Shown in pieces: positions 10,411 to 23,515 of a stretch of 64,000 bases of DNA. The position numbers were made by a program, and so were the translations under genes. The stretch spans positions 17,360,001 through 17,424,000 of the forward strand of contig OX597839.1 in assembly GCA_951406725.2 (NCBI GenBank). The letters run 5' to 3'. Under the pieces are notes generated by a model. That model was not told where the DNA came from. It saw only the letters and a program-made list of their open reading frames with translations, and did no database searches. This DNA comes from Octopus vulgaris. Its lineage: Eukaryota. Numbering within the stretch: position 1 is the stretch's first letter; every line of letters starts with the position of its first letter.

Positions 10411-12095
10411 GACTGCATAAGTGTTACTTTTGATGATAATATTTATGTTTGGCTTGACATCTAGTCAGATTTTCATATGATATATCAGTACAATTAGTAG
10501 TTGTTATTTGAATTTATGGAAAGGACTGTCTTTCAAATGGATTTCTCTGCACAATGATTCTTTTTAACCCATTCAAGCTTGAGTGGTTTGTTTATGTACA
10601 GCATACAATAATTTAGTTTGTTCAGGGTTTTGACACATGCTATCTTAATGACCGACAAATTCTAAACAATACTGAAGCGTCAAGCAATTTGCTGTTCATT
10701 TCTGTTTGAAATTGTTTGAAATCAGTGCATATAATTTCTACAAGTTGTCAACAAGGTAGCTTTCACTATAGCTGCTAGCTGACCAAAGCCTTGTGAGTGG
10801 ATCTAGTTGATGGAAACTGAGAGAAGCCCTTCATATCTGAGTAACTCTAAACCACTATTAAACATCAAGTGGTTTGTTGCTTATTTCTGTATGGAGTCAA
10901 CGATGCACATTCTCTCCTGATGATACCATACACTTGCTGGCTTCCAGTATGCAGAGTTTTTGACTGGTAGCACTTGCATGTGCAAGTTGTTTGCAAGACA
11001 TCTGAAAGTTGTCAACAAGGTAGCCTCCACTACAGCCATGAACTGACCTGAACCTTGTAAGTAGATCTAATGAGTATGTATGTGTCTCTTTGTTTTGATG
11101 TTGTGTGAGAGTTGTGAATGAATGTCATTTCTAATATTCTGTGAAAGCTTATCTGGCCATGTGTAAATATTATTTTGCCTGGAAACAGGTAAGGGTTGGT
11201 GATAGGAAGAGCTTCCAGCCATAGAAAATCTGTCTTAATAAACTCTGTTTGACCAATAATGATGAGGAGGAGGAGGATTTTATCTGCAATAACTGTTGTT
11301 GTTGTTGAGCTCCAGGTCAGCCCAAATGGAACAGATCTATGATCAAAACCATGATCACCCTATATTTATGTGTTTAGGCAGAGTGTGTTCAAATCTATAT
11401 TGTCTAATATGTCTTTTCTTTCTAATTTCAAACTTTTATATAATTTGAAGTGCTTTAGAGGTTTTTCCTTCTTTTTTTTTGATTGCATAAGTGTTACTTT
11501 TAATGATAATATTTATGTTTGACTGGACATCTTGTCAAATTTTCATATGGTATATCAGTAGAATTAGTTGTTATTTGAATTTATGGAGAGGACAGTCTTT
11601 GAAATGGATTGCACTATACAAAAATTTGTTTTCAACCCATTCAAGCTTTGGTGGTTTGTTCATATGATGCATACATAATTTGGTTTAAGTAGGGATAAAT
11701 AATTTAGTTTGTTCAGAATTTTGACACATGCTATATTAACGCTTTACCTGTTCTGTGTATCACATATTAGACACAAGACATATTTTCCTGAAGACAATTT
11801 ACCATATATGATATACATTACCAAATTTTTTCAACAATCAAAATAATTTGGTCCTTATAAAAAGAAAGCTTTAAATTACTGAAAATATATGAAACAAGGG
11901 CTGACTAATTGTCTAAAAATTATTATAGTCATTTGGGATAAACTTATGAAAATGCTTTGGACAGGCAAAGGGTTAATGACTAGCCTGTACAACTCTGAAG
12001 CATCAAGGGATCTATTGCTCATTTCTGTTTGAAATTGTTTGAAAATCTGTGCCATAAGTTTTTTACAAGTTCTCTACAAGGTAGTCCCTACATAG
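10411..12095 (+). repeat. Local direct duplication of a ~360-bp unit (10411-10772 and 11481-12095)
   Basis: Collinear matches such as GA(C/T)TGCATAAGTGTTACTTTT(G/A)ATGATAATATTTATGTTTG and TTCTGTTTGAAATTGTTTGAAA; the second copy carries an extra 233-bp insertion. Confidence 0.9.
11740..11972. mobile_element. piggyBac-like MITE with TTAA duplication and an empty paralogous site
   Basis: TTAA 11736-11739 and 11973-11976; termini CGCTTTACCTGTTC and GGACAGGCAAAGGG; single TTAA at 10645-10648 in the uninterrupted duplicate. Confidence 0.85.
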
Positions 12096-12979
12096 TCATA
12101 CAGTTTAACCATTAAATCTCTTTCAAATCACATTCATTTGAAATCCATGCATATAGTTTCTACATGTTGACTACAAGATAACCTCTATATAGTCACTCTA
12201 TCTGTTTGAAGTAACAACCAAATCTCTCTCAAATCACATTTTACTATCTAAAATAAATTAATAAATGGAGTCGCTGATATAAATCTTCTTAAACAGGGCT
12301 GTCTATGGTCTTTTTCTTTTTTAGTTATATATAAATTTATGTGTGTACTACATAAGATATACCGTAATTATTCTTAGTAAGTTATTTTTCACCAAAAGTA
12401 CTCAACAAATATTCATAAAGTTAATTGGGGCTGTGACACAAATCTTCAGAAAAAAAAAGAAAGAGCTAACTTCTGATATATGACATAAAGAAAGTATGTA
12501 TGATCTCCCTATGTAGTAAATCTTACTCTGGAACATTCTAATTTGAGAAGTGTATCTCTCATCATGTGGTGCAAAAAGAGAGAATGATTTTGAACATTCA
12601 CTGCTTAGTATGGACTAATGTACTGAAAAGCTCAACTTTGCATATAGGTCCCAGAGTGATTTTTAAAGAGAATTTTTTAATAAAAAGCATGTCTTGTATG
12701 CCATCTTGTTCTGAATATGGTGCCACAACTATTGCCAAAGCAAAAGCCAGAAGCAAACGTCATGGTTTCAGTATGGCAATAAGTTCATGCAAAAGTTAAA
12801 ATGTTAATTTACTTCCCTAATACAAATATGTCTGTGCTACATTATCAAAGCCATCATGAACATCACAGCAAATATCACAACTAACTATTTCATCTTTAGA
12901 AATCTTTATCTCCAGTCTAAGACGTCATATTGAGGTAGACAGAAATTTTGTTGCTTATAACTTTTTTTTGCGTATGTGA

Positions 12980-13018
<39 letters not shown>

Positions 13019-14325
13019 ATAAAAATATTTGTATTATGTATATATATTTACTAAATAAGAAATAATATTTGTATGTATTAAATAAAATTATCAACAGGCT
13101 TAGAAAATTAAGAAAAAAAAAGAAATTTTTTTTATCATTTTCCATTTAATTTTTCTCATTTTCTTTTTAGTCTAATTTTCTCTAAGTGTATGCATGATAT
13201 CATTTAATGTATGCTTGGCATACATACATACATACATACATACATACAATTCAATCTATATTTATATAACAATCTGTATGTGTATTATCACATATGTAAA
13301 CCAAACACAAGCTATGACTAAATAAGTAGAATATAAAACTAAGGTGGTGGTTTGGAAGAGTCAGTAAAATGTCTGTGAAAAGCTGTTTACTGATATTTAG
13401 TTTGACCTTTTTAAGTTCTGAGTTCAAATCTCAACAAAGCTAACTTCGTCTTTCATCATTGAAGTTAATAAAATAGGTAAACTAGTAGTGAGATTGAAAT
13501 AATCAACTACCTACCTGTACATGGTTTGTCTGTTACTTGATAGAGGGAGCCTTGAAATTGTTGCATGACTTATTAGAAATAGCAGCCAAATTTCCTTCAA
13601 ATCACATTCCTGTGACAAATCATGTGACAATCAAATTGACTGTTCAAAGTAACATTTTTTCTAGGTTGTCTTGAGAATGACTTTGTGTTTCCTCTTTGGC
13701 CCACCATGTGACTGAGAGCAAACTGGTAGTTTTCCAAAGAAAATTTGTTGAGGAAGTCTAGAATGCATGTAATAAGACAAATCTACTTGAGGAAGTCTAT
13801 AATGCATGCAACAAGTCCAGTCAACCTCAGTTGGAATTTACTTAGGAAAACATATATGCATGACAGTTCACTGTCTTGGACTGCTCTATTATTTATTGAC
13901 TCTGGAAGGATGAAAGGCAAAGTTGATCTTGCTAGGATTGGAATCAGTATTCAGAAAGTTACCATAAATAATGCAAAGCATTCCATCCAATTAATATGCG
14001 ATGTGTGTGTGTGTGTGTTTGTGCATACAAATGTGTATGTGTGTATACAAATGTGTGTGTGTATACAAATATGTGCATGGTCATGTGTAAATATTGTGTA
14101 TGACTATGTGTAAATATTGTATGTGTACAAATGTAAGCATGTGTGGGTACATGTACTATCAACGGTATAGGACTTAACAAAAATTATAGTTCAAATGAGT
14201 ACTTGATATATATGGTGGAGGCGTTTATTAGTAATCAACATTATGGATGAGTTTCATCTGTTTTAATGCATCTAGTAATATTATTGTAAGATTGTTGAAC
14301 TGTAGAGCTGATACACACACACATA

Positions 14326-14692
14326 CCTTTTATCATGTTTCAGTCAATAGACTGTGGCCATGTGAGTGCACCACCTTGAAGAATTTTTGTTTGAATGAAT
14401 TGACCCTAGTAATTTTTTTAAAGCCAAGTACCTATTCCAAAGGTCTCTTCTACTGAACCTCTAAGTTACAGGGACGTAAACACCCCAACATCAGTTATCA
14501 AGTGGTGGTGAACACACACACACAAACATGATGGGCTTCTTTCAGTTTCTGTCTACCAAATCCACTCACAAGACTTTAGTTGGCCTAAGGCTATAGTAGA
14601 AGACACTTACCAAAGGTGCTACACAGTGGGATTGAATCCAGAACCATGTGATTGAGAAGTAAGCTTCTTAACCATACAGTCACATCTTTACC
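14326..14692 (-). mobile_element. SINE family A, full length
   Basis: Reverse complement of family A head, body and tail. Confidence 0.85.
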
Positions 14693-15713
14693 TATGTATA
14701 TATATGTATGTATGTGTGTGTGTGTGCGCGTGTATGCATGTATGCATGCATTTATGCATATGTGTATATATATATAATACACACACTAGTAAACGTATCC
14801 ATCCTTTGGATGGTTTAAGTTGCTTTGGTGGTATTTTTCCCCAAATAATTGAACTACCTAGACTGTTTATGAGTCGCATGGCAATCTATATTTCTGATTA
14901 ACCTAGGAACGGAAAATTAAATTGAAGGCTGGTTATTGTGGAGGTTGTTGCACTTTAATGATCATATAACATATAAGTTTGCAAGTGATGCAAAGTAGAG
15001 CTACTGAAGTGTTTTGGGAGTAGATTACAGATGACTACAAAATATATTTGTTTTGAATGCGAAATTTCTTGTCAGAAACAGCCACATAAATGCTACTCCC
15101 CCACCTCAGTTGAGGGGTCTTGTTTTGCAAGTTACCTGGTGACCTCATCAGTGCTGGTACTCCATAAAAATCACCCAGTACCCTCTGTAAAGTAATTGGC
15201 TTTAGGAAGGGCACTGAGCCACAGAAACCATGCTGAAGCAGACATAGCTTGGTACAGACTTCTGACTTGATGATGATGAGGATAATGTTTATTGTAGTAT
15301 ATGTTGTTCTTCATAAAACTCACACATTGCTTTACTGGTAATTTACCTACAATTTCTGCACCAGTGGACATTCACTTTTCCTCAAGGTTCCAATTTAAGC
15401 GTGTAGACAACTAAAAGATCTAGGTGAGTGCTGCATTGAAAATATACCACTACACACACACACACACACATACTGCATGTGTGTGTGTGTATGTTCAATA
15501 TAATCCTAGTTCATTATTAATTTAACATGTTTATAGTTCACTGAGTGTGCAATCACTGTTAAATAGAAAGTAAGTAACTGGTGCGCTTGCATATTGCCTG
15601 TTGTAGCTAATTCACAATGCTTATAGTGATTACCAAGCATAGTGAGTGGGTGGGTAAGTGGGGCTAATATGAATGTCATAATCCTGTTTTCTCCTAGTCT
15701 TAAAAGTTTTGGT

Positions 15714-15965
15714 GAGGGCGTGTGGTCTTGTGGTTAAGGTGTTGCACTCATGATTGCAATGTCATTATTTCAATTCCTGGCCCTGAGTGGGCATTGTGCT
15801 CTCGAGTAAAGCACTTCATTTCACATTCTTTCAGTTTCCTCAGCTGTAAATAAATAACTTTGTGATGAATTGGTGTCCCACTCAGGGGAAATATTGTGAT
15901 CTCAGTCACTTTCATGTCATGGAAACTGATTGATGCCTCATCATCCTTGGACTCGAGACATTACT
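15714..15965 (+). mobile_element. Decayed tRNA-headed SINE
   Basis: GTGGTCTTGTGGTTAAGG A-box-like head, then CTCAGCTGTAAAT segment shared with 24975 and 47660. Confidence 0.55.
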
Positions 15966-16342
15966 TGTGTTTTTTTTTTTTTGTTTTTTCCTACTTAAAA
16001 ATCCTAAGCTTTATGCTTCTCCACATTGGCAACAAGAAATTGTCAATTAGCAAAGGAGAATCTACATGATTTGATAATGTTGGAAAGAAATAGCGGCCAA
16101 AATTGCCATCACTATCTTAAAATGTATCTTAAAAGGAGAATATATTGCTTAACTGTGTCAGCCTATCTGAAAAGAAAAATAACCTTCATCAGCTTACTCT
16201 ATCAGTGCTTAACTGTAACTATCACAACAACTATCACAACTCACTGCCACTACTATCACCAAATGAAATATTGTATTAGAATCGTTATAAAACATGTTTA
16301 ATATCACAGTTATCTCTTTATCAACCTATAAAGCTGTAAATA

Positions 16343-17210
16343 CTCAGTAAATTATATGACTGTGTATTTTTGCTCTCTCATTCACTGTGTGTGTGTGTGT
16401 ATAAGTAAAAAAAACTACAGGGAAACCAACAGATCCCAGCACAGAAGTTGAACCTTGCATCCATCCATTACAATCGGTTTGTGTTACTGATCACACCGAG
16501 TGGCATTTGAAAGACTTTGACTGTCAAAATAACAAATAAAAACATTGATTTTAGTGGATAAGGTTGACAGTCTAGTCTTGCTTCATGTCTCAAGAGAATT
16601 GCCAACAATTTAACAGCTACTTAACCACAGTAGGCTGCACATAGCTGTCCTATGCACCCATATATAATTTATACTAATGATTCTTAGTAATTTATGTCAC
16701 AGCTAATTACCATTCATATTCTGTGGATGCTCTAAGTCATAAATACAGTGGAACTTCTTTGTAATATTGGTCTGTTAGATGCTAATTAGTACAGCCTGTC
16801 TGCTAGTGGTTAAGTAGATGCTAAATTGTCTGTGATCCTCATGAGACATGACAGGAGACTAGTTTGTTAAGCTTATTAGGCAAAAGAATGTTTATATATG
16901 CTATTTCAACAGCTGAATTATTTCAGAGGCCACTTGGTGTAATCAGTAACATGATTGCCCAGTAAACAACAGATACATGATTTGGCTCCCATGCTAGCAG
17001 CTGTCACAGATATGAAGGCTCAGTAAATTATATGATTGTATGTGCTCTCTCTCTCATTCACTGTATGCATGTGTAAGGTGTGTAGCCAAAGACAAGAAAG
17101 CCAACAGATCCTGCATAGAAGTTGAACCATGCATCCATCTGCTTCAGTTAGTTTATTACTGATCACACTAAATGTTATTTGAAAGACTTTGGCTGTCAAA
17201 ATATATGCTA
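16343..17210 (+). repeat. Direct repeat pair (~185 bp; 16343-16531 and 17019-17203)
   Basis: CTCAGTAAATTATATGA...CCAACAGATCC...AGAAGTTGAACC.TGCATCCATC...TTTGAAAGACTTTG.CTGTCAAAATA is present in both copies. Confidence 0.85.
16532..16893. mobile_element. Fold-back/MITE-like insertion with ~100-bp imperfect terminal inverted repeats
   Basis: About 16539-16640 is the reverse complement of about 16788-16893 (e.g. CTACTTAACCAC / GTGGTTAAGTAG, TCATGTCTCA / TGAGACATGA); absent from the second direct-repeat copy. Confidence 0.7.
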
Positions 17211-17707
17211 ACTTATATCTAAATATAGATATATGATATTAAATATATATGCTTAATAACAATTTCACTCAGTTCCATTTGACTTTAAGTTTCATGGGTG
17301 CACAAGACATGTATATCTCATCAGAGGCTAGGAGCTCCTAGCATCTGATGACATGTCCTACATAGCTATATCTACCTATTATTGAATATCCTAGCTTTTA
17401 TATAGCTAAGGGTACTCCATACAACACATCCATCCTGTTTTAAAACAGCTGGGTACAGTGTGTTACAATTTGGCAGCTATTTTTATCAGATTGACCATCT
17501 GCCTAGAACTTCAGACTATCCTCTTGTGATAGAAAAGTGAGACTTATTGAAGTTATTTCTGATCATTTCACATAAACTCAGCTGTTCTTGCTGTTTTTGT
17601 TCTTGTTCAAACCAAGGTTCACTCATACCCAAGATCTATAGTATGTCAGCCATCATCATCCTGTCATTTTAAGGATATCTAAGACTTTAATATATAATGT
17701 ATCTTTC

Positions 17708-18390
17708 TTGTATTTGGTTTGCAAGATTCTTGATGTAAACTCATATATTGAAACATATGTTGTTGTCTTGGGAGGGTCATTATGCCAATAATAAACATAT
17801 GCACTGGTTCAATTTCACTTCATTTCTTGAAATTTTTCTATTAGTTAACTATTTAATCAATTAACTAATTGGTTATTTGATTAATTGTTCAATCAGTCAC
17901 TCAATTAACTAGGTTTGTTAAAGTCCATTTTTCATCATTCACAACCTTATCACTCTACTCCAAGTCTACTTCAGGTATGTCTCAATCTTTTCTCAGATAT
18001 TACATGTCTTGAACCACCTCATTCACTTTGTACTTTCTTCTCTATGACAGTACAGTTAAATATGATAAAGATTTAGTTGCTATTTTATAGCAGATCGAGT
18101 CACCAATTAGATACTTCCTCTCTCCCTTATTTTCTCTGTGTGTGTCATTGTTTTTATTTTTGTATTTGGTTTGCAGGATTCTTTATGTGAACTCATGTAT
18201 TAAAACATATTTTGTTGTATCTCTGGAGGGTCATTATGCCAGTATCAAACATACACTGGTTCTATTTCACATCTTTATTATTTATTTGTCAATTGGTTAA
18301 TCATTTAGCCAATTAACTGATCAATTGTTTGATTAATCATTTAGTCAATCAATCACTCATCTAAGTTTGTCAAAGTCCTTTTCTTGCATT
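17708..18390 (+). repeat. Two arms of fold-back family G (17708-17935, 18160-18390)
   Basis: TTGTATTTGGTTTGCA..GGAGGGTCATTATGCCA..CACTGGTTC.ATTTCAC motif; also at 21392 and 37671. Confidence 0.75.
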
Positions 18391-19339
18391 TTGTGACTTC
18401 ATTGATGACATGCTCTCTCTGCACTAGATCTGCTTCAGGTCTGCCTGTCTCTGATATATCTTTCCTTTTATTCAAGATGGTGGGGTATGATCTGAGGGAT
18501 ACTTTAGTAGCTAATTCTATCATGTTGATTGACCACAGGCTTCCTCTTTGGCTTATTTCTCTATGGACAAAGAGCTGAAACACACTGAAGCTTATTGCTG
18601 TTTGTTTATATGGCATCAGATTATCATCATAGGTAGCTGTCATAATTCTTGGCATAACTGTGGAGAATATTCGTATAAATCTTAGCAAAGACAGAGAATT
18701 TCAAAGAAGCAACACATGCTGCTGTCACCAATCCTATAATCTCTTCCATTATATATCTCAATACATCTGTTTCCTAAATACATCTGATGAATGGCAGAGT
18801 AGGTTAACCATTTCATTGTGAGGTTAAATTTCAATAATAATGTTAAATATCTACCAAAAAAATAGAACTGGTGTTTTCTGCAAGTCACGTTGCCTCAATA
18901 AACTTGACACATCTCAACAGAAAGTAGTTTCAACATGACATTCCTCTACAAAATATGGATTGGTATATAAACTGCTTTCTGAAGTTAAAGGTAGTTAAAT
19001 TTTGACTGGATATATCTGATTTCCATACTAAAAGAATTAAAGAAGAACATATAAATCACCACCACCACCATCATCATTTAGTGTCTGTGTTTTATGATGG
19101 TATGGGCTGGACTAACTACCTTCCAATGTGTACCAAGTGTATTTCTCATGCCACTGACATAAGGGGGGGGGGCGTCATCATGTCGTTCACAAGACAATGA
19201 AACCTGAAGTGGGTGAGTAGCTATATGCTGGGAGATGATGAGTCCAAGGACTACATTATGCTTCAATATCAGCTATGATCGAATTTCAAGGACAACAATG
19301 TGTTTCCTTATCTAAAAAAGTTTTTAAAAAAGCAATAAA

Positions 19340-19734
19340 CAAAGAGAACCTATTCATGGCTGTCAGACAATTTCTGCGACCATATCACTCATAACATCTG
19401 GCCACCCAACTCCCTAGACTGCAATCCCTTTGATTGATGTGTGATTATTGAGTGAGAGACCAACAAAACACCTTGTAACACCAAAGATGAACTGAAGGCA
19501 AGGATTATGGCAGCAGTCACCAACTTAAGCAAGAGCTGTTCAGAAGAGTTGCAGGAGATTCTGAAGTTGTCTGGAGGCTGTAGTTGAAGCCAGTGGCGAT
19601 TTTGTTGTATAAATTTACTCTTTAGTATTTCAAGATATTTTTATGCAATTTTGGTAATATATCTGTTAAAATAAGATGTCACTGTTATTTTCATTTTTGT
19701 GTAATTTGGCCAACAATATATTCACTGCACCCTG
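19340..19734 (+). mobile_element. Tc1/mariner-superfamily transposon, 3' remnant (pseudogenised transposase plus right TIR)
   Basis: From 19357 it translates WLSDNFCDHITHNIWPPNSLDCNPFD* (WPPNSPDxNPxD motif), then ETNKTPCNTKDELKARIMAA; ends ...TGCACCCTG followed by TA at 19735. Confidence 0.8.
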
Positions 19735-19799
19735 TATATATATATATATATATATAATGAGGGGATAGTCTATTCCATATATATAAATTTGTGTGTGTG

Positions 19800-19845
<46 letters not shown>

Positions 19846-20540
19846 TCACATGCAATGTAGTATTTATGGCATACCTACACAAGTGTGCCCTCACATAGCT
19901 TTAAGGAAAAAGTGCATTTTTAATGAAATTTTTTCTATAAATACCTTTCATATAGTGTAAATTACAATTGCATTAGAATTTAATAAAAAAAAAATTTAAT
20001 TAATGGGTGTGCACACATTCTTATACATTTTTTTTCAAACTTTCAAATTTCAGTTTGTCGATATGTATATTTGCAAGCCCACCAATTTTCTTTCTTTACT
20101 TCCACATTGAATTCCAATATCACCATAATCCACACCAGGTACATGTAGAAAGTTTCATTAAAATGAAAATTCCTTTTTCTTAATGTTATGAGGAAACAAA
20201 GTTGGGATGGGGTGGGGTGGGGGACGTGTTGGCATGTCATAATTATACACAGTTGATTTTGTGACAAATTGTTTTTGTCGTGCATTGATACATGCATACA
20301 CATTCCTGCTGGTCAATATATATATATTTATCTATCTATGTTAATGGCTTTAACTTGCAAACGTACATATGTGTGTGTGTGCGGACACACACACACACAC
20401 ACACTCACGCACACTCACACACACACAGAGTTCTCAATTTAATTCCAAGAGGGTGCCTCAGCATGGTCGCAGTCCAAAAGAAGCATACACACACATATAT
20501 ACACTACAGTGGCATTAACTTATGTACATGTATTTATGTA

Positions 20541-20586
<46 letters not shown>

Positions 20587-20944
20587 ATTTAAGGGAAAGA
20601 GAGAGGAAGAGACATTGCTTGAGACGCACATACAGATCCATGTTGACGGCTAAATGTATATTTAACATGCAAATGGTAAAGGGAGAGGGCACTTTAATGA
20701 CCCCCTCCTTCTCCGTTATAACCCCAGCCACCCTTATGTGTACAACAATTACAAGTACAGAAAGAATGGTGATGTGATGGGGTAGGACAGCTGCAAGGAT
20801 AATGGAAAGCTGGGAGTTCTTCAGTAGAGTTATGAGTGAGTGATGGGGGTAGATATTGAAAGCATTTGTCATGTTCTGGTGGACCAAGTCTTTAACAAGT
20901 TACCACATGAATACATTGAGACACTGCAGATTGTAGAATAATTA

Positions 20945-21280
20945 CTGTTGTTTAGCCCTAGGCCAGTCCTGATCTTGTAGACTTGTGATCAAATGTGTTC
21001 CAGTTGTTACCATCCCGTATTTTATTCACACATGGTATATTTAGGACCATATTCTCTAATGTAACCTTCCTTCTTGTTGCTTAGCTCGAGGTCAGACCTG
21101 ATCCAGTAGACCTTTGATCAAAAGTGTTCCTGCTGTGACCGTCCTGTCATTTATCACATATGGTGTATCTAGGACTACATTACCTGATGTGTCCTTCTTT
21201 CTTTGTTGTTGTTTAACCTAAGTCAGCCCTGTTCGAGAGATCTATGAGGAAAGGTTTTCCAGCAGTGACCATCCAGTTTT
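20945..21280 (+). repeat. Three tandem ~130-bp copies of the abundant family C module
   Basis: TGTTG(T)TTAG/AA..AG.CAG.CCTG..C.AGTAGAC.T.TGATCAAA..GTTCC.G..GT.ACC.TCC repeated at about 20947, 21075 and 21205. Confidence 0.65.
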
Positions 21281-21391
21281 ACATATTTTATTATTTATTG
21301 AATCAGAGGAACATGTTTTTTTATTCAATTAAGCTAATTACAATTTGCTACAAGTAATTAACTGTAAAATTGAATATTTATTGGTTTTTTT

Positions 21392-21695
21392 TTTGTATCT
21401 TGGAAAGGTCATTATGCAAATAAATACATGCACTGGTTCTATTTCCTTTCTAAATTTTTTTAATTTGTCAATTGGTTGATTATTTAACTAATTAACTATT
21501 CAGTTGTTTGATTAGTCATTTGGTCAGTCAATCAGACCTGAAGTAAATGAGACATATCATTGATGAGGTCTTGAAAGGTGATGAAAGGACTTGGACCAGT
21601 TTTGCTGATTGATTGGTTTACCAAATGATTAATCGATTAGATAGTTGGTTAAATGGTTAGTCATGTAACAAATGAATAATAAAGAAGTGAATTAT
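21392..21695. mobile_element. Fold-back element family G, two inverted arms
   Basis: Arm 21392-21535 (GGTCATTATGC..CACTGGTTCTATTTC) and inverted arm ending AATAAAGAAGTGAA. Confidence 0.6.
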
Positions 21696-22372
21696 TTATC
21701 ACCTGTGAATTTTCCATGGGTATTTACTGGTTCCTTTGATAAAGAACTGTGATTCTGCTCCTCCTACATTAGTCACTTGAACACTGTCACAAAAGAAACC
21801 TTAAACCAATGAAAGAAACTCTGTATGGTTGCTTCACTTGCTAGAAACAGCAGCCAAATCTCCCTACTATGTTATAAAAAGGATGTAAGCATTGGATATA
21901 TGAACACACTCATTACTTCTATGAATGAGGGTTCTGCAAGACACAGCTGCACAGAGTCCTTAATACAATATTTTGTTGTGTAAAGGGAATGACCTATTTC
22001 CAGAGGCAATTCTATGTCATGCTAATTAACCCATACCTGGGACCAGAGTGGACCTAGAAACAATAATAGCTGAGAGGTGGTCATGACAGGAAAACTCTTG
22101 ATTAAAGATAAGCTAAATCAGAACTAATCAAAGGCTAAAAAAGAAATCATTTTGTGAGACAAACCCTTTACATGAGCTAATGAAGAAGTCTTTACATGGG
22201 CTCTTGATTTGCTAGAAATAGCAGCCAAATATTTCTCAAATCACATGCCATCTAAAATAAAAATGTTATGGTCAAACTCAAATATCTTCTTTTTAATTAT
22301 AGGCCTTCTTGGTTAGGGTTGAGCTGGGATTAAACAGTAACAACAAAATCTTAATCCATCTTGAACATAACC

Positions 22373-22853
22373 AGGTGCAGGCACAGCACTGTGGTAAGAA
22401 ATTTACTTCCTGACCACATGGCTTCCAATTCAGTCCCATTGCATGGTAACTTAGACTAGTATCTTCCATTATAGCCCTGGACAACCAAAGAGGATTGCTC
22501 AGAAACTGAAAGAAGCACCTTGTATGTATGTTTGTATGCATGTATGTATATATGCATACACACAATTACATGTATATATGCACGCATGTGCATGCATACA
22601 CACACACATTCATATGTGTGTGTGTGTGTTACTGTCTTTTTGTCTTGACTCTGATAGTTGTAAATAAGTGTCACCATCATACAAACTGTCCTTTGTTTCC
22701 AGTCTTCTGAGAAAACATGCCAAGCCACCTGGAAACAGGTGAGTGTTCATGTCAAGGAAGGTATCTGGCCTTAGAAAAAATGTGTTCCTCAGCAAATTCT
22801 GTCCCGCTCATGCAAGCATGGAAAAGTAGACATTAAAATGATGATGATGATGA
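22373..22853 (+). mobile_element. SINE with family A head and RTE-type (GAT)n tail (family A2)
   Basis: Family A 5' half, then CATGCAAGCATGGAAAAGTAGACATTAAAATGATGATGATGA; same architecture at 41490, 61010 and 61750. Confidence 0.8.
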
Positions 22854-23289
22854 ACCTCTTCTTTTAGCCATTTTTATACCAATTCGTTAGAGGCTTCTTC
22901 TGCTTACATGACTCAAAAATCAGCTGTTTATTAATTTTCATGTGCTTTCAAAAATTATGTTCCAAACATAAATATAAGGAAAAAATACAGTTATAATAGT
23001 TATTTAGACTAAAACACTTGAAATATTTGATAGTTTTCAAAATTAATTGAAACAAATGTGCAGCTTATTTAATTAGAAATACAGTCAGAAAGTGGTTAAA
23101 TTCTAAAATTCAGACCAGTAGCTTAACTGTTGTTAGTTACAGTTGGTGTGTCAATAAAAGCATTCATTTGATTAGGTACATCTTTTCTATAATTAAGTCT
23201 GTGAAAACATATTTAATGAAGAAACCATTAAACTACTGACACACAGCTGTCAATCACAAGTGAGTACGATTTCATAGTTATTTAATTGT

Positions 23290-23515
23290 TATTTCTTTAT
23301 TGCCCACAAAGGGCTAAACATAGAGGGGACAAACAAGGACAGACAAGCGGATTAAGTCGATTATATCGACCCCAGTGTGTAACTGGTACTTATTTAATCG
23401 ACCCTGAAAGGATGAAAGGCAAAGTCGACCTCGGCAGAACTTGAACTTAGAACGTAGCGGCTGACGAAATACCATTAGGCATTTCGCCCAGCGTGCTAAC
23501 AATTCTGCCAGCTCT
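23290..23515 (-). mobile_element. tRNA-like SINE, family E monomer (young)
   Basis: Minus strand GAGCTGGCAGAATTGTTAGCACGCTGGGCG...AGTTCAAGTTCTGCCGAGGTCGACTTTGCCTTTCATCCTTTC; CpG-rich; homologues at 33879, 54335, 57018 and 63065. Confidence 0.85.

Noticed and set aside
18353-18888. ORFs of 64-111 aa
   Set aside because: Partly built from repeat families G and C; no recognisable protein similarity.
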